Source: Candidatus Omnitrophota bacterium (GTDB lineage: Bacteria; Omnitrophota; Gorgyraeia; Zapsychrales; JAKLDJ01). From it: a DNA stretch of 64,000 nt. Shown here piece after piece: positions 1 through 9,271 of this stretch. Both the position numbers and the translations under genes were made by a program. The stretch lies in NCBI GenBank assembly GCA_022703585.1, contig JAKLDJ010000005.1, positions 5,353 through 69,352 of the forward strand, in the 5' to 3' direction. How positions within the stretch are numbered: the stretch's first letter is position 1; the number at the start of each line of letters is the position of its first letter. The notes below the pieces were generated by a model. It was not told the DNA's origin and did no database searches. It worked only from the letters and a program-made list of their open reading frames with translations.

Positions 1-3000
1 AGTCTTTACGGATTCCAGTTCGCGCCCCAAATCATCATATTGGCTGAAACGTGTCTTGTCGCTTAAGGAATATTCCGCCTGGGTCAAGCGGCCCTTGGAA
101 CCAGGGACAGCATCATCATCGTAGGTATAGTCAACGTTGAAATTGCCGCCGTCGTTTTTATTCGTGAGGCGGTTAAGGGCATCGTAGTGAAATTCCATGA
201 CCTGATTTTTGGCGTCTGTTTGCTGAGTAAGATTTCCGGCCGCATCATAACCGTATTGCCAAAAACCCATGTCCGGGTCATTCATGGACACCTTGCGCCC
301 CAAATAATCATAGGTAATGGTGGTGATATTGCCGTGGGCGTCTTGGGTTTGGGTCAAATTGCCCTCGGAATCATAAGCGTATAGCGTCGTAGCGTATAGC
401 GTATAGGAAGAAGCAGGATAATGCGGGCTGCGGCCATCGGTTCCGAAGTATTCTTCCTTTTTAATCAGACGGCCGTAAGCATCAGCGTAGGATTTTTGTT
501 TGTGTCCGTTTTCATCAATCGTTGTACTTGTCCAATCGTCGTAAATGGCAGTCACATAGGTTCCGTCAGAATTAGTGGTTTGAATCGCGCGGCCCATGGC
601 ATCATAGGTAATTGTTGCATGGGGGTTATTTGGGTTTATTGGGTCTATTGAGTTTATTGGGTTGGTTGAGAAAAACGGAAAATACTTTTTTACCGGCAGG
701 CCACGGGAATTATATTCCGTCTGGCCACCGACCGTAAACTCTCCCGGCGTCGCGGATTCGGACTTGGTTTGAATAAGCCGGCCCAAACCGTCATAAAATT
801 GCACCGAGTCAATGGTGCCGACCTGGCCACTTTTCTCTCGTTGGTGCGTCGTCACCATGGCATGATCGTCGCTAAACTGGTATTCCACAGTCGATGTAGG
901 ATATTCAATAGAATCCAGGGGCGAAACCGTGGCTACGACACGCCCAAACACGTCGTATGATTTTCGCCCCTTTTTGTTATTCGGATCGGTAGTACTCTTC
1001 AACTGGCCCCAAAGCCCATGAAAACCGTCACCGCTATCCAGCGGAACGCCGTTGACACCGTAATATTCGTTAACCGCTTGATGGTTGAGCGCATTGGTTA
1101 CGGCCAAAGGAAACATATGATAATCAGAATCATAATCAGTCGTGGTTACATGCTGGAGGGCATCGCTTGTCGAGATGAGATTTCCGTATTCATCGTATGC
1201 AAAACTCACTGTGGGGTTCACGTTTGAACCTGACCAGTCTGTCTTTTTTGTCAAAAAACCCTTCACAGGTAAATCGTCAATATTCTGGTGACCGTCATAA
1301 TAAAACCGGGACTGGCGAACCATTTCTCCGGAATGATTCTTAACCGTAACCTGCTTAGGCAAACCGTTAATCCAATTCGAATCATTACCGAGATACTCGG
1401 TTTCAACGCTACGGCTGTCGCTGGCAACGTCCTCCCCTGTATCCAGGTCCACTTCACCTAAGGAAACTGCTTTTGTGAGATTGCCGTTTTGCGGGGACTC
1501 CTCGTAGAAATACTGCTCCTGGGTTCTCTTGCCGGTTATATCGCCATCATAAATAAAATTATCTTTTTGCTGCAAGAAAACAAAATTAATACCCGGAGCA
1601 ATCTCCTGATAATCCCAAGAGTTGACGACCTTCCCGTAGAGATTTCCGTTCATATCATAGCTTTCCTGACGCTCGACCCTTCCTTTATAAATGTCGTCCT
1701 GGAGAAAGTAGGTGTTCGAATAATTACCCTCATCATCTTGTACGCGCACAAACCCGAACCCGCGGAATTCCCTCTCTTGTGTGTTCCAAAGGCCGTTGGC
1801 ATACACATAGTGAGTGATGTACGAATGCCCGAAACCGTCACTGAGTGTCGTTGTTTTAACGGTTTGTATCGGAAATGGCAGAAAATCATTTTGATAATGT
1901 GTGGAGGGTTCATATTCGATTGAGGTCATCGCCCCCGCGCCGTTATGTGCCTCAACCAGTAAGTCCGGAGCTTTGCCTTTATTGATATACATTTGGGGCG
2001 TATTTCCGTTCCAATGAATAATAAAATCCGCCATGCCGTCAGCATTGGCATCCAAAAGGCGCGTGCCATAATTCTTGAAATTTGCGCCTCCGGTCAAATC
2101 CCATCCCGAATCCCGTATCCAGCCGTGCCCGGTATTGATGAGCGTCACATGCTGGGTATCAGTGGCAATGATAAGATCGCTTAGGCCATCACCGTTGATA
2201 TCTGCGAATTGAGTAGAACCGTCGACTAAATCGCCGTAGCCAAAGGTATCTTCCCAGGAAGAACCCAGGCCCCCGGCCCAGCCGGCCCCGGTATTGATAT
2301 AGACCGCCGCGGTTCCGTCTTTTCGGTAAAAAATATCCAAGAGGCCGTCTCCATTTAAGTCGACCAAGGTTGAGCCTCTTTCAAAATCTGCGTAAACGCT
2401 AACCGGAGTATCCCAGGTAGAGTTTCTCTGCCAGCCCTTGCTGCCGCCTGGCATGGCATTTAAAAAAGTATAGTGGGATGAATATCCGGCATCTTCCTTG
2501 GAGCGAATGAAATCCTCATAACCATCGGCGTTAACATCAGCCAATACACTGCCCCAAAATTCATGATATCCATAGACGGGTTGGCCTCGCTCCAAAGTAA
2601 TCGGTAAAGGGTCATACCAGGGATCCTGGGGAGGATTTTGGCGATAGGGCATCATCCAGTCAGGATCATAAACCCAGCCGTTACTTTTATTACTGATATA
2701 AACTTCGTTGGAAACCTGTATCCCTCCCCAATAGGGATCCCGCTGAAAATACCGCACCAGGTCCACCCAGCCGTCCCCGTTGATATCCGCGACACGCACA
2801 CCCCATTCGCGGTCTATTTCCCCCGAGGTATTTTGAAACACTGCGAGGTTTCCGGGAAAATTCCAATCGCCTGATTGAACCCAAGCCTTATCTTTATTAT
2901 GTAAAAATGTTTTTCGTGTTTGAGGGCCGCCGTTATATTCATGATATTTCAAGATATCCGGATAGCCGTCCGCGTTAACGTCAGCGATTCTGACGCCCAA

Positions 3001-4197
3001 ATCCGCCCCTCGGCCTCCGCTCTGCTGTTCGGCAAATCGCGCGTCCGCAGGAATATCCCAGGAAGAATCCAATTCAAAACCTTTCGTACCGTCCTGGTAA
3101 GTAAATGTCGTCTCCGGCAATGCCGTAACCCCATCTGCACCGTACTGTCGGACTGATGTCAACAACGTCCGGCCGGTTACGCCGCTATAGCTATATCCTA
3201 AAACATAACGTCCTTGCAAAACCTCTCCGACATACGATGAGATTTGGGAGATTCTTTTGCGCGTTCCAACAAGAAAACGAGTCCGGTAAGACGACACCAA
3301 ATCATTTCTGTCTTCGAGGTCAAACCGGAGGCTGGCAAAAGGCTGCAGCCCCGTGGCGGAATTGCCGGTATAATCAATGCGCTGCGGATAAAGTTGCTGC
3401 TGGTCCTTAAGATACGTAACCGTCATATAATTACCGCTTAGATCCTCCACTCTGTCTAAACACCACTTAAAAATATGACTGCTGTCTGCCGGATCTGCCT
3501 GCCGCGAATCATCGCTCTGCCCAAAATAATATTTAACCCCTTTTTTATCGGTAATAACCCAGCCGCCGGACAATAATTCTATTTTCATAAATGCGCCTTC
3601 GATCTTTGTCCGGTAAAAACCAGACGCCGTGTCGTAAACCAATTCCTGCATTGAGCCGGCCTGCGTGAGCACAAAGGTATCCGAGGCATTATATTGGGGT
3701 GCGCCCTTTTTCGTCGAGCGCTGGATATTGCCAAGTTCCAGAATCCATCCCATGCCGAGCAAGCCGCTGGAACTCGCGGAGCTGTAAAAAAGATTGACGC
3801 TGGGCTGAATACCTGCCCGGCCCGCGGGCACAGCAATCGGGACCGACAAGGCAGCACTTCCGGTTGAAGAATCGACCTCGACACGGCTGGTTGAGGCAAA
3901 GAGAGCGCGAAAATCGATCGCCGCGTTCTGTGCTGAGGCCGGAATTACACCGGATTGCGAGCTCTCCGCAGCCTGACCTTCCTGAGAAACAGCATTATTA
4001 GAAGAAGATAGAACTTCTTCGGATGCCTGTTGCGAATCTCTGTCAGGATTAACAGTTTTTGTATGCGAATCAGGGCTTTCTTTTTGAATTAGTCCCGGGG
4101 GTTCTTCGGCGCACAGTACAGGCAGATGACAAAACGGAAAATTTAATAAGAATAACGAAAGAAATAGTCCGGATACAGAAAATATTCTTCGGCGCAT
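1..4197 (-). CDS. RHS/YD-repeat toxin-like protein (Tc-toxin TcB/TcC-like architecture), N-terminal ~1399 aa; C-terminus lies beyond window start
   Basis: Manual translation of the minus strand gives a continuous ORF from ATG at 4197 to the window edge. It has an N-terminal signal peptide (MRRRIFSVSGLFLSLFLL). A SpvB-like segment follows (PSVNLFYSSASSSGLLGMGWILELGNIQRSTKKGAPQY). Then come several FG-GAP/VCBS-like repeats (DVNADGYPD, DINGDGWVD, DLNGDGLLD, DINGDGLSD, DANADGMADF), then classic YD repeats (YDAMGRAIQTT, YDYLGRKV, YDALNRLT, YDDDAVPGSKGRLTQAEY). It is absent from the ORF track only because it lacks a stop within the window. Confidence 0.85.
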   Translation of the reverse strand, partial: MRRRIFSVSGLFLSLFLLNFPFCHLPVLCAEEPPGLIQKESPDSHTKTVNPDRDSQQASEEVLSSSNNAVSQEGQAAESSQSGVIPASAQNAAIDFRALFASTSRVEVDSSTGSAALSVPIAVPAGRAGIQPSVNLFYSSASSSGLLGMGWILELGNIQRSTKKGAPQYNASDTFVLTQAGSMQELVYDTASGFYRTKIEGAFMKIELLSGGWVITDKKGVKYYFGQSDDSRQADPADSSHIFKWCLDRVEDLSGNYMTVTYLKDQQQLYPQRIDYTGNSATGLQPFASLRFDLEDRNDLVSSYRTRFLVGTRKRISQISSYVGEVLQGRYVLGYSYSGVTGRTLLTSVRQYGADGVTALPETTFTYQDGTKGFELDSSWDIPADARFAEQQSGGRGADLGVRIADVNADGYPDILKYHEYNGGPQTRKTFLHNKDKAWVQSGDWNFPGNLAVFQNTSGEIDREWGVRVADINGDGWVDLVRYFQRDPYWGGIQVSNEVYISNKSNGWVYDPDWMMPYRQNPPQDPWYDPLPITLERGQPVYGYHEFWGSVLADVNADGYEDFIRSKEDAGYSSHYTFLNAMPGGSKGWQRNSTWDTPVSVYADFERGSTLVDLNGDGLLDIFYRKDGTAAVYINTGAGWAGGLGSSWEDTFGYGDLVDGSTQFADINGDGLSDLIIATDTQHVTLINTGHGWIRDSGWDLTGGANFKNYGTRLLDANADGMADFIIHWNGNTPQMYINKGKAPDLLVEAHNGAGAMTSIEYEPSTHYQNDFLPFPIQTVKTTTLSDGFGHSYITHYVYANGLWNTQEREFRGFGFVRVQDDEGNYSNTYFLQDDIYKGRVERQESYDMNGNLYGKVVNSWDYQEIAPGINFVFLQQKDNFIYDGDITGKRTQEQYFYEESPQNGNLTKAVSLGEVDLDTGEDVASDSRSVETEYLGNDSNWINGLPKQVTVKNHSGEMVRQSRFYYDGHQNIDDLPVKGFLTKKTDWSGSNVNPTVSFAYDEYGNLISTSDALQHVTTTDYDSDYHMFPLAVTNALNHQAVNEYYGVNGVPLDSGDGFHGLWGQLKSTTDPNNKKGRKSYDVFGRVVATVSPLDSIEYPTSTVEYQFSDDHAMVTTHQREKSGQVGTIDSVQFYDGLGRLIQTKSESATPGEFTVGGQTEYNSRGLPVKKYFPFFSTNPINSIDPINPNNPHATITYDAMGRAIQTTNSDGTYVTAIYDDWTSTTIDENGHKQKSYADAYGRLIKKEEYFGTDGRSPHYPASSYTLYATTLYAYDSEGNLTQTQDAHGNITTITYDYLGRKVSMNDPDMGFWQYGYDAAGNLTQQTDAKNQVMEFHYDALNRLTNKNDGGNFNVDYTYDDDAVPGSKGRLTQAEYSLSDKTRFSQYDDLGRELESVKT

Positions 4198-4310
4198 GAC
4201 CAAACCCTCTGTTTGAACTTTTGGGTTGAAATGGGCTTTTGTTTGCTTCGCCCAAGCGCTTCATGTGCGCTTTATCTGGGGACAGACCCCGCCATAACCA
4301 ACATAGGCTT

Positions 4311-5000
4311 AGGGACGCTCTTTTGGCGCTATTGAAGTCTGTCCCATCCTTCAGATACTGGGGACAGACTTCCGATCAACCGAAAGAGCGTCCCTGATCC
4401 CAATGAGCCCTGGAACATCCAGCGAATTTAAAAGCTCGTCATAAACACCCGATACTCTCAGTCGATAACTACTCCATTGATAATCTGATGCTGATTGAAC
4501 AATTTCGGCCCGTACGGGATTCTGCTCGATATACTCAATGCAACCCAGAAAATAGTCCTCCGAACTTATTGCCATACTTTTGAAACGTCCCTGCCATAGA
4601 TGGCCGCAGGTATGATGTCGGGCATTAAAATATAATGCGTAAGACTGATCCAATCCTTGCATAAATTTTGGTAGATCCCTGACGACACATGGTTTCACCA
4701 ATAAATGGACATGATTTGGCATCAGACAATAGCCAAATAGAAGAACTTTAAACTTCATCTTATATCTTCTCAGCAATCTCAGGTAAACCTCATAATCTTG
4801 GCTAACCTTAAATACATTTTGTTTCTGGTTACCCCTGGACATAATGTGATAGAAATTATTTTCGGGTAAAAATCGTGCAGTCCTCGGCATAACTTCTCCT
4901 CTGTATTCTTCAGGGACGCTCTTTTGGCGCTATTGAAGCCTGTCCCATCCTTCAGATACTAGGGACAGACTTCTGTTCAGCATAAAGAACGTCCCTGATA
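4311..5000 (-). mobile_element. IS200/IS605-like REP-RAYT unit: tyrosine transposase flanked by two ~88 bp near-identical structured repeats
   Basis: Near-identical direct repeats at 4311-4398 and 4912-5000 (AGGGACGCTCTTTTGGCGCTATTGAAG..CTGTCCCATCCTTCAGATACT.GGGACAGACTTC...AAGA.CGTCCCTGAT). Each contains nested palindromes (GGGACGCTCTTT/AAAGAGCGTCCC and GTCTGTCCC/GGGACAGAC). They bracket a Y1-HUH transposase gene. Confidence 0.7.
4351..4890 (-). CDS. REP-associated tyrosine transposase (RAYT) / IS200-family TnpA-like Y1 HUH transposase
   Basis: 179 aa. It has the HUH motif (NHVHLLV) and a downstream conserved Tyr region (QWSSYR), typical of the IS200/RAYT family. The 3' end of the ORF lies inside the flanking repeat. 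Confidence 0.7.
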   Translation of the reverse strand: MPRTARFLPENNFYHIMSRGNQKQNVFKVSQDYEVYLRLLRRYKMKFKVLLFGYCLMPNHVHLLVKPCVVRDLPKFMQGLDQSYALYFNARHHTCGHLWQGRFKSMAISSEDYFLGCIEYIEQNPVRAEIVQSASDYQWSSYRLRVSGVYDELLNSLDVPGLIGIRDALSVDRKSVPSI

Positions 5001-5014
5001 GAGATTTGGCATTT

Positions 5015-5290
5015 CTACGCACCCGCCCCGCTCTCATAACCTTCCAAAACACATTGCGTAATCTGCGCGCGGACATCATCTGACATACAGCGAATGGTGT
5101 CATACCATTTCTTGTCCTTGCCCTGCTCCTGCGGCATGGAGACAAAAAGTCCGTTGGGCCCCTCAATAATCTTAAGACCCCGGATCACCAACGCGTCGCC
5201 CACATTCATATCCACAAACGCCTTAATCCGGCCGCCGGTTGTTAATTTGTAAATTCTCGCCACCTTAAAACTCAAAGTCTGTTCTAACAT
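5015..5290 (-). CDS. spoVG: SpoVG family septation/regulatory protein
   Basis: 91 aa; the segment IRGLKIIEGPNGLFVSMPQEQGKDKKWYDTI is closely similar to the conserved SpoVG core (VIDGNNGLFVAMPS...). Confidence 0.75.
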   Translation of the reverse strand: MLEQTLSFKVARIYKLTTGGRIKAFVDMNVGDALVIRGLKIIEGPNGLFVSMPQEQGKDKKWYDTIRCMSDDVRAQITQCVLEGYESGAGA

Positions 5291-5348
5291 TGCCTTTTCC
5301 TTTCTTTTTTGTTTTTACTAATAGCTGCAGATTAATACGTTAACTGTT

Positions 5349-5633
5349 TTACTTTGCTGAATTCTTGCTTTTCTTGCTCGAGGCAACCTGTTTTGTGTCT
5401 TTGCTAACCGCCGATGATGTTTCCTGCTTAAAACATCTCCCGCACGGCTCCAGCCCCTCCTTAACCGCCCCTTCTTTATCAATTTTCTGAGTGTTCCGGT
5501 TTTGAATAAGACGGCAGTCTTCCTTGTGATATTTCTTTCCGTTCTCAGTCCGATAAACATCCTCGGCAAAAACAGTCACCGCCACGGATAAAAAAACCAC
5601 GCACAAACCTGCTGCAATTGCTTTCTTTACCAT
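5349..5633 (-). CDS. Small secreted hypothetical protein (signal peptide; CxxC-like CGRC), bracketed by a perfect 17-bp inverted repeat
   Basis: 94 aa with an N-terminal hydrophobic signal (MVKKAIAAGLCVVFLSVAVTVFA). It is flanked by TTTACTAATAGCTGCAG (5306-5322) and CTGCAGCTATTAGTAAA (5661-5677). Confidence 0.45.
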   Translation of the reverse strand: MVKKAIAAGLCVVFLSVAVTVFAEDVYRTENGKKYHKEDCRLIQNRNTQKIDKEGAVKEGLEPCGRCFKQETSSAVSKDTKQVASSKKSKNSAK

Positions 5634-5713
5634 CGCTCCCTACCTCCTTTTTTGGTTGGCCTGCAGCTATTAGTAAATTATTAGTCGCCTGGCACCAGTG
5701 ACCAGTCGCCAGT

Positions 5714-6067
5714 TTATAGCTTTTTAATAAGACTCAAAATCATCCGCATCTCATAAATTACAGAATCCACTAATGGTCTGCTATTAACTTCGGACAAATA
5801 CTGCCGTTTTCCTGAAAGAATAATCTGGGTTTCAAGCTCAGCGCAGGATCCCAAAGAAATATACAGAAACTGTGTATACTCCTTCGTGTGATGACGCACA
5901 AAACCCTCGGCAATATTCGACGGGATTGAAACGGCTGCCCGACGCATTTGAGTCGTTAAGATAAATAGCTCGCTTTTGGGATATTGATCAGTAAAAAAAT
6001 AGATTTTTTCAGCAATCTCTATTCCTTTTTGCCAAATTTTTAAATCTTTGTAATCCTTAACTTTCAT
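5714..6067 (-). CDS. Four-helix-bundle protein, Avd-like / 23S rRNA intervening-sequence protein family (TIGR02436/PF05635-like)
   Basis: 117 aa. It carries the family core LKIWQKGIEIAEKIY...QMRRAAVSIPSNIAEGF...FLYISLGSCAELETQII. It is flanked by inverted repeats at 5681-5713 and 6088-6117. Confidence 0.8.
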   Translation of the reverse strand: MKVKDYKDLKIWQKGIEIAEKIYFFTDQYPKSELFILTTQMRRAAVSIPSNIAEGFVRHHTKEYTQFLYISLGSCAELETQIILSGKRQYLSEVNSRPLVDSVIYEMRMILSLIKKL

Positions 6068-6084
6068 TGTTTTCCTTCCATTTT

Positions 6085-7680
6085 TTACTGGTCACTGGCA
6101 ACCGGCGACTGGCGACACACCTCAATTCTTCTCGAAAACTCCCCACCCGTAAACCCGTCAATCAAAGCCGTTAACTCCTCAACCCGCATTTCTTTATCCT
6201 CGCGCTCCTGGGTCCCAAGAGAGAGATCCCGGACAAGATCGGCCTGCAACCGGCGCCGTTCAAAATAAAGCCTCGTCACTTGGTCTAAAATGTCTTCCCT
6301 TAACTCAACCATCAATTTCGAGCGCGAATCAATAGACGTTTGTTCAGAGCTCCAAACCAATTCCGCTATATCCCATTTAAGGTTAACTCCCCAATCCTGA
6401 GGCCCAATAGCCGTCCGGTCATAAGTCGATCCCAGCGCCGTCGTCACCGTCTTATCAAAATCCAAACTGACCTCGGGCATCAAGGCCCTGGCCTGCGCCA
6501 ATCGCCTCCAATTCCGTATCTTATCGGCACCCACTTCCGCATACGCGATTGCCATTCTGTGAACCTCGCGAATAGACGGTTCATCCGCCCAATACGCATT
6601 CGCCGGACTTGTCATTGCCGCTACGCCGTCGGGCAACGTTTTCTTCGGCTTCATTAGAAAAATCCCTTTATCTGTCGCGGCATATAAATGATTTTCTTCA
6701 TCACACGCCAAAAAATTGACCTTACTTGTTTCCATCCCTCCATAGATATGTTCCCATCCGTCCTCCGTTTCTATGAAGACTCCTTTTTGCGTGCCCAAAA
6801 CAATCTCGCCTTCCCTTAAAACCGTCAAGGATGTCGCGCTTTCAAGCGGCAGGCCGTCGACATCAATCTCTTCCCAGAATTTTCCTTGGTTGGAGCTGTA
6901 AAAAATCCCTTTTGTTGTCGCCACATACAACTCAGATTTCCTTTTATTGGTCGCAACCAGGGAGAGAATTTGCTTTTTATAGATTGAGGCATCTTCTCCT
7001 TCAGTCTCTTGGGTCTCGGCGCCATTGCCGTTAAGCTCGCCTCCCATAACGCTAAAAATCTCCAAAATTTCCTGGCTCTTCGGGTCTATCCGGAAAATTT
7101 TGTTTTCTGTCGCCGCGTAAATATACGTTCCATCTTCAGCTAAAAAGGCGACGGCTTTACTGTTTAAATCACCTTGGGCCCTGCTCCAAACCGGGCCGTC
7201 AATGGTTTTGTAAAAAAGACCCCCGGCTGTTGCCAGATAAACCGTGTTTTCATCCTCAATAACCCACAGACAGCGGCGTTCACGGCTATCATTGGAGAAC
7301 AATATTCTTTTCCATGCCCCGCCGTCATTCGTGCTTAGAAACAGACCGGAATCGGTCGCGGCATAAATGACAGAATCCCTGACCGGGCTCGCATAAAGAT
7401 AATTAACTCTGCGGGAAGCCCCAGATGCCTGCAGAAGCGCTTGCGCCACGCTTCCTTTATATGGAGATAAAACCCGGTACGCCGACTTTGTCGTGCCGAC
7501 AAACATGCCCTGAGGGCGGCCCTTCGGGCCGCCCTCAGGCGCAAACGCCACACACGTCACCTCCGGCTCGGCAATACCCGACCCGATCTTTTCCCATTCA
7601 TAATGACTCCAGGCGAAATTCAGATTCAACACCCCCAGCACCAAAATCATCCCTACTTTAAGACCGCCATACTTATCCAT
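6085..7680 (-). CDS. Secreted BNR/Ycf48-like beta-propeller repeat protein with C-terminal coiled-coil
   Basis: 531 aa with an N-terminal signal-like segment. It has repeated motifs YAATDSGLFLSTNDGGAW, YAATENKIF and YAATDKGIF, typical of BNR/Ycf48-like repeats. Confidence 0.55.
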   Translation of the reverse strand: MDKYGGLKVGMILVLGVLNLNFAWSHYEWEKIGSGIAEPEVTCVAFAPEGGPKGRPQGMFVGTTKSAYRVLSPYKGSVAQALLQASGASRRVNYLYASPVRDSVIYAATDSGLFLSTNDGGAWKRILFSNDSRERRCLWVIEDENTVYLATAGGLFYKTIDGPVWSRAQGDLNSKAVAFLAEDGTYIYAATENKIFRIDPKSQEILEIFSVMGGELNGNGAETQETEGEDASIYKKQILSLVATNKRKSELYVATTKGIFYSSNQGKFWEEIDVDGLPLESATSLTVLREGEIVLGTQKGVFIETEDGWEHIYGGMETSKVNFLACDEENHLYAATDKGIFLMKPKKTLPDGVAAMTSPANAYWADEPSIREVHRMAIAYAEVGADKIRNWRRLAQARALMPEVSLDFDKTVTTALGSTYDRTAIGPQDWGVNLKWDIAELVWSSEQTSIDSRSKLMVELREDILDQVTRLYFERRRLQADLVRDLSLGTQEREDKEMRVEELTALIDGFTGGEFSRRIEVCRQSPVASDQ

Positions 7681-7951
7681 GTTCTTCGATCTCCCGGTAT
7701 ATTTTGTCCACGTTGATATTTTTTAAAGCTGTTGTAACCGCGTTTTTCATCTGCGGATTGTGCGCGCCGATAATCGAAACATACTTCTCAAGATATTCCA
7801 GCATCGCCTCCAACCCCAGGCGCAACCGCATTTCCATTAAAACACATAAGACCGTATACACCGCGACAATACTGTCTCTTGAAAAAATAAGATTTTCCGG
7901 CCTCGGCATATGCTCACTTCCAAAGTTCTTGTCGCAATTATTTTCTTCCAT
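7673..7951 (-). CDS. Hypothetical protein
   Basis: 92 aa ORF co-directional with the downstream gene. I recognise no motif. Confidence 0.3.
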   Translation of the reverse strand: MEENNCDKNFGSEHMPRPENLIFSRDSIVAVYTVLCVLMEMRLRLGLEAMLEYLEKYVSIIGAHNPQMKNAVTTALKNINVDKIYREIEEHG

Positions 7952-8120
7952 CTTTTTCTCCTATCTTCAACCGCTACAAGAATAACATCTGTTTGATTTT
8001 TCGTCAAGTTATATTTGATGTTATATCAATCCTGTAAGTATTGTAAATGCTTGTAGTAGAAAAGCTTACATATCGCATAAATCTTTTTAAAAAATTATTC
8101 AAATAAAAGTGAAATATCGT

Positions 8121-8152
8121 TGACAATTAATCAATTTATGCTACTCTATTCT
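8121..8152 (+). promoter_or_regulatory. Putative sigma70-type promoter for XRE-cupin regulator gene
   Basis: TTGACA at 8121-8126, followed at ~16-17 bp by a TA-rich -10-like hexamer (TATGCT/TACTCT), ~60 bp upstream of the ATG at 8210. Confidence 0.4.
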
Positions 8153-8209
8153 TGATGATTCTGAAAGAAAACAAGTCCATCTTAAAATAGCGAACAAAAG
8201 GAAAACTCC

Positions 8210-8761
8210 ATGCTCATCGGACAAAAACTAAAAGAATTGCGTTTGCAGGCAAAAATGTCTTTAACCGAACTCTCCGAGCAAAGTGGTGTTCAACTCGCCA
8301 CCTTAAGCCGCATGGAAAACTTAAAAATGACCGGCACGCTTGAATCCCACATCGCTATTACAAAAGCCCTGGGGGTGAGCTTAACAGATCTTTACAAAGA
8401 CATCGCAGTTGAGGAAAAAAGAATCGAAGTACGAAAATCGCAGACGCCCAACGATGTATTTGTCCATAGCGATAAATCATCCTACGAAATACTCACCGGA
8501 AAAGTCATGTCGAAGAAGATGATGCCGATCCTCCTTAAGATAGAGCCCGGAGGAAAAACAAACACCGAACAAAATGTTCCGGGAACCGAGAAATTCGTTT
8601 TTGTCCTGGAGGGCACTATCGAGATACATATTAAGGAAGAGACCTACCCCCTTTCAAAGCACAACACCCTTTATTTTGACGCAGCTTTACCGCATTATTT
8701 TGTGAATAAGGCAAAGGCTCCGGCACGAGTCATTTGCGTGATTACGCCGGTGGCGTTGTAG
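8210..8761 (+). CDS. XRE-family HTH transcriptional regulator with C-terminal cupin domain
   Basis: 183 aa. The N-terminal HTH_3-like segment is LKELRLQAKMSLTELSEQSGVQLATLSRMEN. The C-terminus is a cupin-like beta-rich domain. Confidence 0.7.
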   Translation: MLIGQKLKELRLQAKMSLTELSEQSGVQLATLSRMENLKMTGTLESHIAITKALGVSLTDLYKDIAVEEKRIEVRKSQTPNDVFVHSDKSSYEILTGKVMSKKMMPILLKIEPGGKTNTEQNVPGTEKFVFVLEGTIEIHIKEETYPLSKHNTLYFDAALPHYFVNKAKAPARVICVITPVAL

Positions 8762-8811
8762 GCAAATTTAAGGGTAGTACGGGTTGGAGGGGGCATTAAG
8801 GGTTAGTAGGG

Positions 8812-9225
8812 GTGAGACGGAACAACCATTGGCTCGGAGACACAACGGAAAAAATGGAAAAAGAACCGGGATATAAAAATCTCATCGTTTGGAAGAATAC
8901 ACGCACATTAAGAGGTCTCATTTACCAGATGTGCAAAGGGTTTCCTCAGGCAGAGATGAGACGTTCAAGCCAGATGAGAGATTCGGCGAGATCGGTCAAA
9001 CAGAATATTCAAGAAGGTTACGTAAAATCACTGCCTTCCTACATCAATCATCTCAATATTGCCATGGGTTCGCTGTCGGAATTGCGAGGCGACATCGACG
9101 ATTGTCTTGAAGATAGGTTGATTACCAAAGAAAATTTCTTGTCTATTAATGAATTGGCCGGAAAGACAGAATATCTTTTAAAACGGTTGATTCAATCATT
9201 GATTCGAAAGAGGGATAGTCGATGA
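8812..9225 (+). CDS. Four-helix-bundle protein, Avd-like / 23S rRNA IVS protein family; true start probably the internal Met near 8854
   Basis: It carries NLIVWKNTRTLRGLIYQMCKGFPQAEMRRSSQMRDSARSVKQNIQEGY...SLSELRG, matching the family pattern. The first ~14 codons of the annotated ORF lie inside the upstream inverted repeat. Confidence 0.7.
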   Translation: MRRNNHWLGDTTEKMEKEPGYKNLIVWKNTRTLRGLIYQMCKGFPQAEMRRSSQMRDSARSVKQNIQEGYVKSLPSYINHLNIAMGSLSELRGDIDDCLEDRLITKENFLSINELAGKTEYLLKRLIQSLIRKRDSR

Positions 9226-9271
9226 ATTTCAAACCCATACTAACCCCTACTATCCCATTTTACCCCCTTCT

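Noticed and set aside
187-3441. Plus-strand ORFs of 60-144 aa tiled across 1-4200 in the ORF track
   Set aside because: They lie antisense to or out of frame with the continuous minus-strand RHS ORF, which has clear YD-repeat, FG-GAP and SpvB-like motifs. They are spurious.
5318-5569. Alternative frame ORF 5318..5569 overlapping the small secreted-protein gene
   Set aside because: It is extremely Arg/Lys-rich, consistent with an out-of-frame reading of an A/G-rich gene. The 5349..5633 frame has a proper signal peptide and sits symmetrically between the 17-bp inverted repeats.
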